Source: Marsupella aquatica
Taxonomy: Eukaryota; Plantae; Marchantiophyta
Reading direction: 5' to 3'
Length of the DNA stretch: 64,000 nt
Assembly: GCA_973895155.1 (NCBI GenBank)
Contig: OZ316896.1
Coordinates: 22,711,722 to 22,775,721 of the forward strand
The translations under genes and the position numbers were made by a program. The notes beneath the pieces were generated by a model. That model ran no database searches, was not told where the DNA came from, and saw only the letters and a program-made list of their open reading frames with translations. Positions 35,951 through 49,907 of the stretch are shown one piece after another (position 1 is the first letter of the stretch; each line of letters begins with the position of its first letter).

Positions 35951-37455
35951 ATGGCAATAACAATGGCAATTGCCGTCCTTCTGGGCTCCATAACTTTGTT
36001 GCTGTTCTGGAGGAGCGTCTTGCTCCGACCATCCGTGAGACTACCTCCTGGGCCACGACCGCTGCCCATCGTGGGCAATTTGCTATTGATGAGGAAGTAT
36101 GCATCAACTGCAGACTTCGCTTACGAGCTGAAACGCAAATACGGTCCGATAGTTACTCTATGGATCTGCTCCACACCAATGGTCATCATCTCCGAGCCCA
36201 AGATCATTCAGGAAGCGATGATCACGCAGGGCAGCGTCTTCATGGGGAGAGCTCAGATGAAGTCAAGGAAACTCCTCCTGCACGAATACAGAGGCGCCAG
36301 TACTGGACACGGCGAGCGACAGAGATTCCTCCGCAAGATATTGGTCTCCGAGGTGTTGAGCAACAAGAGAGTGGCGGGATTCAGACACATCCGTGAGCGA
36401 GAAATAGACATCCTGGTCGAGAATTTGGAGAGGCAGGCTCTCGGTAAAGATGATAACAAGGGGCCGGGACCTCTCACTAATTTTCGTTCATTGATCCGTT
36501 TGACGGTCTGCAACTTCATAGTGGGAATTCTCTTCGGGAGGAGATTGACTTCAGAGGAGTATGTCGACCTGGATGAGGAAATGTCCCTGCGCTTCAAGCT
36601 AGCGACTGGGAAGCCTCTCGACTTCATTCCCTGGCTGGCATGGCTGCCGGACAGGAAGGCATCGAGGTCCAGCGGAAATCGCTCAGGGCAATTTCTCGAA
36701 TCTTAGACCCGCTCATCGAGGAGCGGAGGCAACTCCTGAAGTTCGGGAAGACAGATCATCAAGCCACATACGTAGACACTCTATTGGAGCTGCAAAATGG
36801 GAATATCAAGAGCCCAGTCGAGATCACTGATGCAGATATTGAGTTGTTATCAATCGAACTTCTCACTGTAGGAACCGATACCACTGCACTGAACTTGGAA
36901 TACTGCATTGCAAATCTCATCAACAATCCGGAGATGCAAGAGAAGTTGGCCCGGGAGATTTCTGCCGTTGTAGGTGAGAGAGTGGTGAACGAGGGCGACA
37001 TACCTCATCTGCCCTTCTTGCAAGCTGTGGTCAAAGAGGCTTTGAGGAGGCATAGCCCGGCACGATTGGCACCACCCCGACGAACTTTGTCAGCTACCAA
37101 AGTTGCCGGCTATGACATACCAGTGAATGTACTCGTCCAGCAGCATCTGGAAGCTGTGTCCCTGAACCCTGAAATCTGGGCGAACCCTCTCGAGTTCAGG
37201 CCCGAGCGCCATCTCAACAGGCCTCTCGACATTACTGGCTCTACCGAAATCACGATGGTCCCATTCGGCGTGGGTCGTCGAATATGCCCAGCTATAAATA
37301 TCGCATTTCTGCATGCAGAATTGATTTTAGGTCGGCTGATTCAAGCATTCGCCACGCCAGGCCAGCTTCTGGACGTCACCCCTGGTGGTGAGTTCACGAG
37401 TCCCATGAAGTACCCACTTGTGGCGTCCTTACAGGAGCGTTTGAAGGTTTCTTGA
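35951..37455 (+). pseudogene. CYP77/CYP89-like P450 paralog, frameshifted
   Basis: Close paralog of 18682-20202; 1-nt deletion at ~36655 (GACAAGAAAGGC to GACAGGAAGGC), 12-nt deletion removing EWKS near 37350, I-helix AGTDT changed to VGTDT. Confidence 0.85.
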
Positions 37456-39705
37456 GCTTCTACAAAACGTGCGCTGCACATTAGGAATTCTGTAGAGTAT
37501 GGCCACCTTTTCATAGGTTCTTCGAGTAAATGCAGATGGTTGAAGGTCTCCTGAGTTTCTACAAACATTAGGACTACTATAGAGTATTGCCACCTTTTAT
37601 TGGTTTTTTGAGTCCCACGACCAGTGTGCGAGCATTCGATATTAATAATTGCAATAGAAAACTTACGTTCCAGGCTTATGTCGAGAATGAAGCCTCGAGG
37701 CAGGGACTGGGGGTAGGGGCTTGTCGGACGACTTTCAAGGAGAAGAATCAAAATCAATTCAGAACCCGGTAATAAGACATGTACAATAGGGAACACATGA
37801 GATTGTAGGGCCCAACATTATCCCAAGATTGAATTTAACTTTCGCAGGAAACATCCTGGAAGATTCAGCCTCAGCTTCCCTCCCCGACAACTTTAATCGT
37901 ATGTGGTATGCTCATAACTCGAGTGTCTTCGGAGATGCTCACTAAAAGTATGTTCGACAGGACTCAATTTTCCTTCCCTTGCAAGCTCCAATGGTACAGT
38001 GAAGGTCTCCGGGTACTGAGACTGTCGGAGATAGCCAGGACAGAATATATGTGCTGATGTTCTTTCTTCCACCTATGTCTGAGAAGTTGTGTCTGCATTT
38101 GGATTTTTCTGACGTTGAGATCGACGGAGAGCGATAATTGGACGACAGGGATTCGGCGGAGCCGTAACAGAGGATAAATGCTTTACCTGGGTTTTATGTC
38201 CTTTTTGTCAACTATACACAAAGAGCACCCAGATTACCTCCACTTCTCGCGAAACCCAGGATGAAGCACAAGACGTCTAAGTACTGAAGATCAGGCAGAG
38301 TTTCATCGTTTATAACAATTATTAGTATGAATATAAACCCAGCCAGAGATTATATGAATTATTAGTATGAATATAAACTTCATCTTCTCACATGATTGCT
38401 TCTTGGCGCAGCTCAAGCCTCCGCTTGAGGGATTCTGGATTCTGGAATCTGGAAAGATTATGAAGAATCACCACTTGGTTCAGTTTTCGTGTTAGCCAAA
38501 GTGCTACTGTACGAGACAGGAAGTCTAAGTTTCCCGCCTGCAGCAGCTCTGTTTCTATTTCTCGATATTGATGAGATGAAAATGATGTTCCATCTTCGAA
38601 TTCGAAAGTGATGCTCCAATGGACGCGGGTGAACAACACAAGCCCAATGAACCGTGACACCTTTTATACCTCCCCTCATTGACACCAAACTTTGACCTTC
38701 AATATCTCCCTTTCTATCTGGCAGAATTGACTCTTCTCGGGCTCGCTGAAAGCAAATCTAACATCTCTAGTTTGCATAAAATATTTAGAGATATCTATAT
38801 AGCAGAATTGACTCTTCTCGGGCTTGCTAGAAGCAAATCTAGTATCTCTAGTTTGCATCAAATTTTTGGAGAGTTATGAATTTCCAAAGAAAATTCCAAT
38901 CACTTAGTGTCCACACTCCACACTTCCGAAAGTTTTGATGGAGCTAAGTCTTGCTAACTTTGACATGATCTCCCTTGACTTCCAATGGAATCTTTTTTCT
39001 TGGGTTCCTCAGAAAGGACTTGGACAGGTCTTTCCAAATGAGAATAATTATAGTCAAATTCCATTGAGAATTGAGAGACTCACAAATATTCAACGATGAC
39101 TGACTTGTTCTTTTGCCAAATTTCACTCGTCAATGTCATCTGTAATATGAGCAGAAAGAGGGTTTTGCTGCCGTCCATCCAGGTTGCAAAAATCTTTGAC
39201 AAACGTAGAGGTCTATCCGTGCTTCAATTTCCTGCATCTTCACCTCCCAGAAGCACTCATTTTTAAACCGGAGAAAGTAAACCTTCCATTGACCTGACCA
39301 GTACAGTAGGTTCACATCCAGATCGACCCCTGGAAGAATATCCATTCTGAAATATTCATGAATTGGATGAGGTGACGCCCCTGAGAAATCTTCATTTGTG
39401 ATTGATACAAATCGGGTGTTGCAGAGCTAGATTTTGGTCTCTTTTTTATTTCGATTCCAGATGGAGGCACAAAGATCCACATGAATAATTTTTCTTTGCT
39501 CATTTCAGATACTCAGTGGAACATTTGGACAAAATCATAAGACATGAGTGACGATCATTTTGCTTTCAATATCGTGAGTTGCTCCAAGAGTGAAAGGGTT
39601 TCCAAACCTTCAATTTCGCAACCTCCGAAGGAAGATGTCCTTCTGGAACTTTAGGAGTGCCGTTCACAATTTTCTAGTCTCTAAAAATAATTGATCATGA
39701 GCTGT

Positions 39706-42700
39706 CTAAAGAATATTACTCGAAAAGGGAAATGGAGCAAGGAAGTCCTTGATGGAGTTGTTGAATCTCCGCAACACTTGCACATGAGGTTCATCGTCCT
39801 CGATGGGGATGATTGAAGCCTGCTCTCCTTCACTGAAATAGCTTACAACTCTGTTGGCAGCTTCCAGTCCTGTGACGAAAGCTTTCTCCTATTTTCAAGA
39901 AACGAATAAAATGATCAGGATGTCCAGTTTTAAAGCATGCCTTCCTCAATTAAGTCCTTACTTTGATCCTAGTGAAAACACGCAGACTTAACTGAGAATG
40001 TGAACTCAACGTTGTACACATGCTGACAATAGTTTACACAGCTTTACACATATCATAAATTTACGTGCAATTATAAAGGTGATGGGGATGCACGAAGGAG
40101 AAAGCTTATGTTGGAGGATTACACAGGCAGAGGGGAGGCAGGGCCACGGGCTGGCCTGAGATGGGAAACTTAAGAAGTTGCTCTTATGTTTTCACAAATA
40201 TACATATGATTTAACATGGGCAAGCCTGCATGAACTTCACTTCTGTCAGAAATGATCGAAAACAGCAGCAAAGTCAACCTCTATGCAATTGAGTGGACAG
40301 CATTATTAAAACGGTTGAGCTATACCTGTGACCAAGATCCATGCTGAGTAATGATCCAGTCCCCTGCCATGAATAGGTTTGGAAAGCTTGTGGATCCATG
40401 CATCATGCTCTGATATGACCCTGTTCAAAAAGCACGGTGTTTAGTTCTCACCTGATGGAACACGTAAGCTTATTGCTATCCACTGACCACCCCACTGCAT
40501 CCATGGATCCACCGTGAAATATGATTTCTTCCTGGTACAGAACTTCTATTACAAACTTCAGCCTCACACAGGAACCCCTACGGGTAGGAGTAAAAAATCA
40601 TGCTTGCCTGGAGAAAAATGCGTTACAGCCTTTGAGAAACGGACAACAGCATGATCCATAACCTGTGCCCCATCAAACTCTGGAATGCACTGACTGAGAT
40701 ATTCTTTCACCTTCGTCACAATCTGCTCGTCGCTGAGGGGAAGAAACTGATTGGCATGGTACTAGAATCACAAAACAAACACGGTTCAATCACTAGTTCT
40801 TCATTACGCAGTTTCAGATTTGAAATTACGACGCTGTAGACAATTTGTTGGAGAAATACAGAGATGAATCGGCAGGATCAAGATGCAACCATTATGCCGA
40901 GGACTTACAAAATCGGCTTCCACCACAGTGCCAAGTTCGTCTTTGTACTCATCATGCAGCGCATTGAGATCAAAAAATGTCCATCCTGTTGTTGTGTCAA
41001 ATCCAAAGCAGGCGTTGCTGGGTCTGGGAATTTTGACCTGGCTTATGTACATTTCAAAGCGATGTTCATTTCTACAAAGATATAAAATAGCAAGAACGAA
41101 GTGCAAGTTTTCCACCTGGACCACTCTGGATAACACCCTTAGTTGCAAATCTCAAATGAGGAAATAGTTCTTTTACAGAATTAGAATTTAATATAAAATT
41201 GAAAGGAAAATATGAGGAAGTATTGCACCACTGGGTGGCTTACTGGGAAGCACAAACCTTCCTGTCGAGCCAAAGTCGGACACCCAGGACATCAATTGCT
41301 CCAAGATTGGCAGTGTTGACAAACTCCTCTCTCTTTTTCAAAACAGCACTGGATGGAGAGAATAGAAATAATCACTCACCAAGACAATTTTTATTCACCG
41401 GCCAGAAAGTCAAATAATAAGCATGACGAGACTCCAGTTTTAGCATACCTGTTTGGAACAATTTTTTGCAGGGCACTTATGCCTACAGAAAAGATAACTG
41501 CGTCAGCTTGGAAGGTTTCGTCCCCACAGACCACACCAGTTACAGCACCGCTGGCATCGTCCAGGACGACGTCAGTGACCCTTTTTCCGGACAAGAAACG
41601 TGTACCCTTCGCCTCCATGGCCTTGACCCAGGGTCTGAATATCTTCTCTCCAACTGTTCCTCGACACCAGACTACGTCAAAGTCTGCCTGAAAATTCCAC
41701 GGCATAGACTAAAAATCGAAAAGCGGGATCTGATAAAAACGACCATTGAATTAAAAGAGGAGAAAGTCACTTTAGCATATTACAAAGTAGGAAGAACAGT
41801 AGGAAGAACTTATACCTGATGGGCAATAATAAAATAGTAGAGCATGCCAATTGTGGCAGCTGCACTGCATTGCTCCCCCGGAGCAAACAATCCAACGAGC
41901 AGCATTGGATTGAATGCGTCATTGTAGACCCGTTCTGAGCATCCAGCTTCTCGAAAGAGCTCGCGGGCAGTTCCTGTAAATCAAACTTCGGTTCACATCA
42001 GCATGCTTTCAACCCTAAGCTGCCGTAAGATGATGACATCTCCTAGATCGCAGGTCAAGTCATTTTTGCTGACATGAACCTCTACACGTTTTCTAAGACA
42101 CTATTGCGCTAATAACAAGGACTGCAGACATGATCCTAGTTCACGATCCAATTTATGTTTCTTTTCTTTTCGTTTCCTGTATCTTTTCTTTTCTTTCCTC
42201 ATTCTGTGACCTATTATTTTCGGAATTTTTTCATAATCTTGACTCTAGCGCAACCTCCGCGACTAACATGTCTATGGCGAAACTTACTTGTATCATATTT
42301 CTTCCATGCGAAGTCACTGTTGTCGAAGTCGATCACTGGGAGAGAAAAGGCAAGTGAGTGAGATTGCACTACTCATCCGATAGGGCAAACTTGTATGTAT
42401 CCGAGAAAAATCAGATCAGTGATATACAATGTTCTAAGGTCAAAGTGTCACCTGCATACATCAGAGGAAGTGCTGTCAATCGGTCCAGCAGCGGCAACCT
42501 CTTAAACTGCTCCACATGGTCAAGACCACTTCAGAACTTGCGTCTCTAATGGACAACAAATGTCAAAAATTGAAGAGATGAGACGAGATGAATCTTAGAG
42601 ATTTCAATAACCTAAGAATACCCTACAATAATTTACTGACCTGCGTGTATATAAATGTTCCAAGTGGGCTAGGAAGTCGAGGCAGATCTTGGAAAATTGG

Positions 42701-44387
42701 GGACTCCACCTTCACCGCGCATAAGACGTAAAAAGAGGTGAGATTCCTCCATTCAATCCGGTCCGAATTTGAAAGATACACGCTCCTCAAGAATTTGAAT
42801 ATACAAGGGCCTTAAAGCACAAGCAAGGTTCTCCACTCTAGGCCATTGTCAAATGACAGCAAGCACACTCGTGATTTTTGTTGGTATGCGTTGATTAATA
42901 CCTCTGGTGGAGTTGAAGTAGTACCCAAAGAAGTGAGAGTGATGTCTACATATGTGACATGAATACATTTAAAAGCAACAGAGGAGAATACCTCAAGACC
43001 AGCAGGAGAGTATTGTGCAGAGCGAGTCCAGTCTGTGAATGGCCGCAAGCCTAGTTCGTCGACTAGAGCAAATATGTTCTTGTATGGATACCAAAATCCT
43101 GTTTCCGGGAATTTGCACATCAAAGGAGGACAAAAACAACTGTTGGGAATTATTGCATTGTCATATCATTGGCAAAACTTCATTCCACCAATGACGAGGT
43201 TGAAAGAGTTGTAAGACATAATTGTAATTGTGAGAGAGTTCAAAAGGGTGGATTGATAAGGAACAATGAATGATATACCATGAATGCCAACCTCCACAGA
43301 GCGCCCAGCTGATGTCTTCCATCCTGCGACTAATCCACCTGGCTGGGGCCCTGCCTCCAACAGATCCACATCAAAGCCCTGCAAGTAATCGACTCAGACC
43401 ATTCCATTCAGATAAGGTGCACAGCCGACATTCAATGCAATTTCAACAGTAAAACTAAGAGACTACAATTCAATTACAACTATGCACCCCCTTCCCCTCC
43501 AAAAGAACTAAACTAGAAATGAAAAATAAGTCACGTTCCATCGTACAGTATTACTACTCATTACGAGAGTGCGAAGCAAAGAATAGACACAGCAATCACG
43601 CAAAGTCAATACCAAAAAAGAGGAGATGAATATAGAAGAAGAGAAAGAATAGCTAAGGACAGACAGAGAAATAGAGATACAAAATGGATAGATTCTACTC
43701 CATCCAAATGCCCAAGACTCGCAGATAAACGAAGCGATAAAAATTCAGGGAATTCATACAGTATGTGGAAAACCGTTCACGTTGCACGGGATATTCTGTT
43801 AATTCTTCTGCTCGTGCTCAACCGATTCTCCGCTTTGCCGTGGATTGGATCAGCTAACGTTTGGAAGACAAGCATCTATTGACAAAGTCCTATACAATGC
43901 GGATTGCAGAATTGAAAATTTCGGGACTTTGCTTCACAGACCCTGCTCTCCAGCGCCCGACGTGCTCAGGCCCTCAAAAACTCAGGCCAGAATGGACCAA
44001 CTACTTCACCTGCTTGGACAGATGGTGAGCAGCACCCAGACCAGCCCATCCGGCGCCAACCACCACCACCTTCTTCCTCCTGGTCGTGCCATTCCCATTG
44101 TTGGCAATCTCCTCCGTTGTAGCAGCTGCTTTTCCTAGAAATACGACTTCTTTCCTGCCACATACTCTGTCATTCCTTGAATTCATCAGCCCAATCATCT
44201 CCCTGCTGTTCATGGCCCCCAAATTCGCCGAGCTACTCAAACTTCTCCCCAGAAGCTGTGCTCTAGTCTTTGCGCCCATCACCTTCTCCCCACCCCATGG
44301 CGCAGCCTGTCTACCAGAGCAACACCAATGGTCATTGGTGGCCAGTCCACAAGCCATTGCACCCACCACGGCTCCCGCTGCTGCCAT
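39706..44387 (-). CDS. FAD-dependent oxidoreductase (amine oxidase/carotene desaturase-like fold), probably plastid-targeted, multi-exon
   Basis: KKVVVVGAGWAGLGAAHHL Rossmann motif, LEAG..PGGLVAGW, GFWYPYKNIF, FPNLFMAGDW, SQEKAFVTGLEAAN; N-terminal extension; stop at 39706-39708. Confidence 0.85.
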
Positions 44388-45318
44388 TTAAACCCAGATA
44401 GATTGATTGGTTGATTGATGGATTGATGTCTAGGCTGACATTACTGAACGAGCTCAAAAGCAACCTTCGTTCAATCAATCTCTCGACCCCAATAACTTCT
44501 CGTGCTAATTGAACTTATAGGAAATTCCGGGACACGGGGATCGGTTGATCGATACTCAGGAGCTAAATAGTTCCAAGGCGAATTTCTGTCTCCTCTAGTA
44601 CAATCTCATCCCCGGAAACGACCAGACAAATCTACCCAAGGATCTCTCGGCTGCCACAATTGGGCAGCAGCCAATGCTACCGTCCTTTTTGAATCTAAAA
44701 CACTACGGTAGTGACCAATTGAAGGGATAAGAGGAAGAACGAGAGAGAGCTCAGAGCTCAAAAAGCCAGGTGTACTGTACAGAGCACTTTAGAAGGGACT
44801 AATCCAATGCGAAATTTTAGGACAATAAGTACTTTGGCAACCGAGTTGACCACAACCAGCACAATGCAGAAACATAATTTGCTTTCTTGTGAGAAGATAG
44901 TGGAGCAGCTGTGAGTTGGGTGGACTGGCTGGCTGGAGGATGGAAGGCCAGTCGCTGGGTTATCCATTCTGGACGTTTGCCAGCCAAGAGGAGAAGATGG
45001 CTCCCAATTGATGGGAAACTCACTGACTAGCAAATCCAAATCACTAGAAACCTTCCTACTTCGAGGCTCTCGAGGGTTTGTGGCCAAGACTTCACAAGAG
45101 TAGAACTCGTTCTCTACGCTTTTACATATTTGGGTTTTTTAATTTCTGAAGGAAAGCCTTGGGTCATGTACTTGGATGGGATCCAATTCATCACTCTGCC
45201 CATCTTTCATAACTGATCTTTCACGCCTGATCTTTCACGCCAACTTTGCATCTGTTGTCCGTGTACACTCACAAAGAAAATACATTGATAATGCTTTAGC
45301 ATATCCAGCAGCATGCGA

Positions 45319-45390
45319 ACGACCGTAGTCCAACGGTTAGGATAATTGCCTTCCAAGCAATAGACCCGGGTTCAACTCCCGGCGGTCGTA
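45319..45390 (+). tRNA. tRNA-Gly(TCC)
   Basis: Cloverleaf: ACGACCG/CGGTCGT acceptor stem, ATTGC-CTTCCAA-GCAAT anticodon arm, CCGGG-TTCAACT-CCCGG T arm; T-run terminator at ~45415. Confidence 0.92.
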
Positions 45391-46489
45391 ACAAAATGTA
45401 TCGGATGTATTGCTTTTTTGTTGGCAGAGCAGCATTAATTTGCTTGCTCAAAAACAACATGACCAATTTGAAAAGTTGGTGTCAACCGGTTTATCTTCGT
45501 AATTGTTTTTATGAGTTCTAACTTCTAATTGAAACACAATATGTTTGCCACCTGAGGTTTTAGATGTGTTTGGGTTGTGTACAAGTAGCCTGGCTACCCC
45601 GTCCCTTGGCTGGGACATCACTATCCTCACAACCGCCTCACAACCTAGGGCGGGAACAGCTAGTCGTGAAGAAGTCGATTCTCTTCGAATTTTTGTTTCT
45701 TTCAGTACATTCCTGAGGCTTTTCTACAGCCTGCAGCAATAATCAGGGTTTGACGCATTCTTGAATGTTACCCCAGACAAGTTTGGAATGGGTGAATCAC
45801 ATAATGTAATCTGGAATTGGAATGCCAGGTTGGCAACAAAATGCCCAATTCCAACTTCTAGCGTTTTGGACGACGTTCTCGTACATCCTTGTCTGATTGC
45901 TTTTCCTTTCAGTATATGGTGATATTTCCAGAAAGACTAGAAAAGGTACCCTTCTTTCCTTTCCTCTCTCCTGTTCTCTCTTAGATTTGCTACTTATTAC
46001 TTCCCATGGCCTTCCTAGTGTGCATATATCCATCTATCTTGAAAACCAAAGTTCAGGCCGGAAAGCACAGGACCAATATCAACAGACGGTCGTCACTCTG
46101 GCATCTCGAGTCTGGAGATGAAGTTCATAGCAGTCCACATAAGGTACGGTAAATCATTGCAAGAGTGAGAACTCCCACCTTGTTCAATAGCTTTGCATCT
46201 CCCGAGTACTTCGCTGAGCACTACAGAGTGATGAATGCATCAAAATTGAGCGGTGAACCAATTTACATTCCTACCTACATGTGTGCAAAGCTAGTAAGAT
46301 TTCGTTCAACAGACTGTCTCCTTGCCTATGAACGGGATCTAACCCTTCAGACTGAACTTACCTGCCAAGTGGGTTCCTTGTACAGCCCATCTACCGGTCT
46401 AAGTATCTGTATGGTGACTGACCTTCACATCTAAGATTGGGCGAAGAAGCTAGTCTATCTTCTTAATAGCGAGAGTCGATTTGGTATGT

Positions 46490-49400
46490 TTACAAAATAT
46501 CAGTACAGTGGAGGCAATATCTCCCCATTACTTTATCAATGAGGCTGCCAGGTTCAGGCACACGATTGAATGTTAAGCCGTTCCATAAGTGCACTGCAAA
46601 TGATTGCGACATTATTCTGTTGAACAGCTCAAGCTCTTCAGCAACGGCCTCATCCTCCTCTGGAGCTATAAGATACCTGCATCCAGCACCCTCAGACTCT
46701 TAGAAATTTTGGGGGAGCGTATTGCCATATAAACCAGTCACATGCATGAGAGAGGTAATGTTCATTCACATCGTCACTGACTGCACCCGTAATGAACATC
46801 AACCAAAATCTGCTAGTATTATATGTTTGTGACCGACATGTATAGCGATCAAGGAAGTTTGTCGCAAAGACCGGGTGATTAACAGTGTTCAGATCCATTC
46901 TTTAGATTACATTGAACAGCTCGCCGCAATTGACGAGTCATAGCAACGTGTGATGTGCTTGGAAACCATGGAGAGCATCATGACGTTACCTGCAGATGCT
47001 CTCTGAACTCAACGGGAAGAAGGAGCTAGGAGGCTTCACTTGTGGCTTGTCCAAAATGGCTAAGTGGAAATCATTGCCTTCCGGTAGCACTTTCATCACT
47101 CGATCAAGCAGATCCGCCCCATTCCAGTCCAGCAAGGTCTCATCGTAGGTGGCTGTGAATTCTACCATACTTCTATTGAGAAATGAACTGCAGGACAGAG
47201 CAAGACTTAACCAAGTCAGTCTTCGAAGCGTTCCCAACCCTCTGGCAATCTAGGCACTAGAGTTTTTTAGGAATTAGCCATCACCGGATATGCATATGTA
47301 ACAAAAGTTATGGCAGTTTTTAAGGACTTAAAACAAGGACAGAAGTCCGTCAAATGGAATAATTTCTAGGTTCCCCACCCTTCATCATTCCTGGTATAAA
47401 GTCAGGTGCCTTCCTCACGTGAGCTTTCACACATGAAATTCTCTCATGCATAAACATTAGCTCTTTTCCGACATAAACTAAGGTTAGACATGAACCTAAA
47501 CTTTTCGAAGACCATAATTGCACCATTTGGTCGTATGTCTCCGTTTTCTAGGACTTCCGAGCCAATTGTATTCTTGAGACTTGTCAACGGCTTCAGAACG
47601 ATCATGTCGAAGTCCAAGTATATCCCCCCGTACCTGCCAGAAAATAGCACATGCGCATGTTGTTAAGAGGAAAGATTCTCACTTCCGTTTCCAGAGTCCT
47701 GTAGCTGCTGCGAAAACTTGGTCTACAAACAAGCAGTGAATAGCAAGACCAGCAACTTATGCAAGTACACACTGTGTCTTAATATAGAGGACAACCAGAC
47801 CCTCTAAATTTATTTCAAGATCAATTGCCTACTCTGAAATTGTGATACTCCATTCAAACGGTCACGAGAGACAAACTCTACAATAAGAGTATGGCTCACT
47901 TGTACAGGGCACCAAGCCGCAGTAGTTCAGTATAGTGGAGATAGAATAGATCAACCGTGCGCCACTCGTTAAAGATGGTAGCAAAGACATCCGTTGGCGT
48001 GTTCTGCAAAAGCTCCTCCAGGACAGGCACTACTGTGGCTATACGATACCTGCGCAACTCATCATTTTGCTCTTCAAATCAGGTGCTCGACTTGCCTCCG
48101 GCTTGCTATCTACTTGTGCCAGTAAAGCATGCGGCTTAGCACCATAACGCATATGAAACGAGCAGACCAACAGAATAAAAGGCAACCCATAGGTCGGCAC
48201 TTTCCATGAGTATGGCCAACTACCACACCAACAAAGTTAAAACCATGCAATTCCCATGAAATTCGCTTTGTTGCGTAGCAACGTCTGTTCCGATTAGGCC
48301 ACAAGTTCAAAGAAAACAGGGTTCAGGCGTGCAACGTACCCCTCGTCTGTAAAGCTCTTGAAGAAGCCGAGCTCCATGGTGTCGGAAAACACCACCACAC
48401 AGGCAGTTGGGTGGAAGTAGAGAAGGCTCTCCAGTACACGCTGATGTCTGACGGTGAAAGACCAAGGTGCGGTCATCCATGCCATGAACACTCTCAAGGA
48501 ACAATTCTCATCAAACAGGAACTCCTGCATGAAACTAGAGAATGAGATCTCCGGGTGATACCCAGGTAAATTTCCCCATCCCCTCATGTCCACCTTAATT
48601 TTCAACTTCTGGGCTTTTTTCTTTCCTTCCTTCTTCTTGTGCCTCGTTCTTTGCGACCCTTCCATCTTAGAAACGTCCGATAACGTCTCCGAAGAAGTCT
48701 CTTCCTTGCTATGACTGCTATCTGAGGGCTCTGATTGACCCTTCAACAATTCCAACCCCTCTCTTACTTTCCTTCTCCTTGATTCATTCTGTGCAGAGAC
48801 TTCTGTTGCCCGTACGTTATGAGCATCAGTAAATTCATTCATCAATTGACCCCTCGTTCCTTCTTTCGAATCACGCTCAACGCTTGCATCCGGTGACTTC
48901 TGATATATAAATGAAGAGTGAGCAGTATGACCAGACCATTTAAATGCCCTGTCATTCTTGGTTAGACCACCACCATCCTGGTTCAGAGAATCTGGGTCCT
49001 GCAACAGCGGATTGTTTTCCGGATTCAATGGATCGGATGCCACTTTTCGCCCTTTCTGTGTTTTCGCGGGCTGCTTATCTTGAATCTTTCCCAATCTCTG
49101 TTTCTTGCTGAACATCAGGACATCTTCGATGTTCGACATGTGCTCCAAGCGCTCTCTTGTCTCTTCGTTGATTGGTTCATCATCTGAGCTAAACATGCCT
49201 AAATTTCCTTGAAATTCTTTTCCCTTGGCCACCTTTCGCGGTAGTGGTAACCGCGTGCGGACGCCTTTCGTTGAGTCAGACGTGGGGACAGCCTCTGCTC
49301 CCAATTGATGGGCTTCCACCATCCCAGCTCCTTTCATTTTCCCGTCAGCGTCCTCTCTACCCCTTCCCACTATTAGCTGTTCTTTTCTGGCCAGCCCATT

Positions 49401-49907
49401 CTTCTCTGTTTCCACTAGCAATCTTTTCTCTCTCGCATGTGGCTGCCATTCAGCGTTTCCACCACCACCAAAGCCCTCAAAATCTTCCCCTTCTTCGTCC
49501 TCCATGTCCATCTCATTCTCCATGTCCTCAAACCGGTCGCCCTCATCCTCCTCGGCAGCATCTTCCTGATCCTCAGAGGATTTAGTCGGGTCCCCTCCCA
49601 TTTCACTAAGGATTTCAGAGGCTCCGTTGTTACTCCTCTTCTGGTCCATTCTCTGCACTCTCTCCCCTCCATCTCCTCCAAGCCAGAGCTTCCCTTTCCA
49701 AACCCTCGCATCATGACTAGAGTTTACAGACAACTGGCCAGCATGCTGGCCACCTCTGGCTGACCGCACTTGGACTATAGACAACGATGCAATCAGCACA
49801 CAGCCGAATGTAATTATGCACAAAGTCAGCTTCCTCGAATCCTTTCCGTTACTCTTGCCATACGAGAGAACTCGTGCCACCCGTGCCTTGTGGCGCGGTT
49901 TCTGCAT
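46490..49907 (-). CDS. Alpha-1,4-glycosyltransferase (GT32, lactosylceramide 4-alpha-galactosyltransferase-like; At4g19900-like), 5 exons
   Basis: Type II TM anchor and long stem; FMAWMTAPWSF..RHQRVLESL, HYTELLRL..LY, YGGIYLDFD (DxD), WNGADLL.RV, HLWN...PEPGS..YCLHC. Confidence 0.88.

Noticed and set aside
37560-39660. Possible minus-strand gene relic downstream of the P450s (also 20330-21270)
   Set aside because: Coding-like patches exist, but frames are broken in both copies and no family is recognisable
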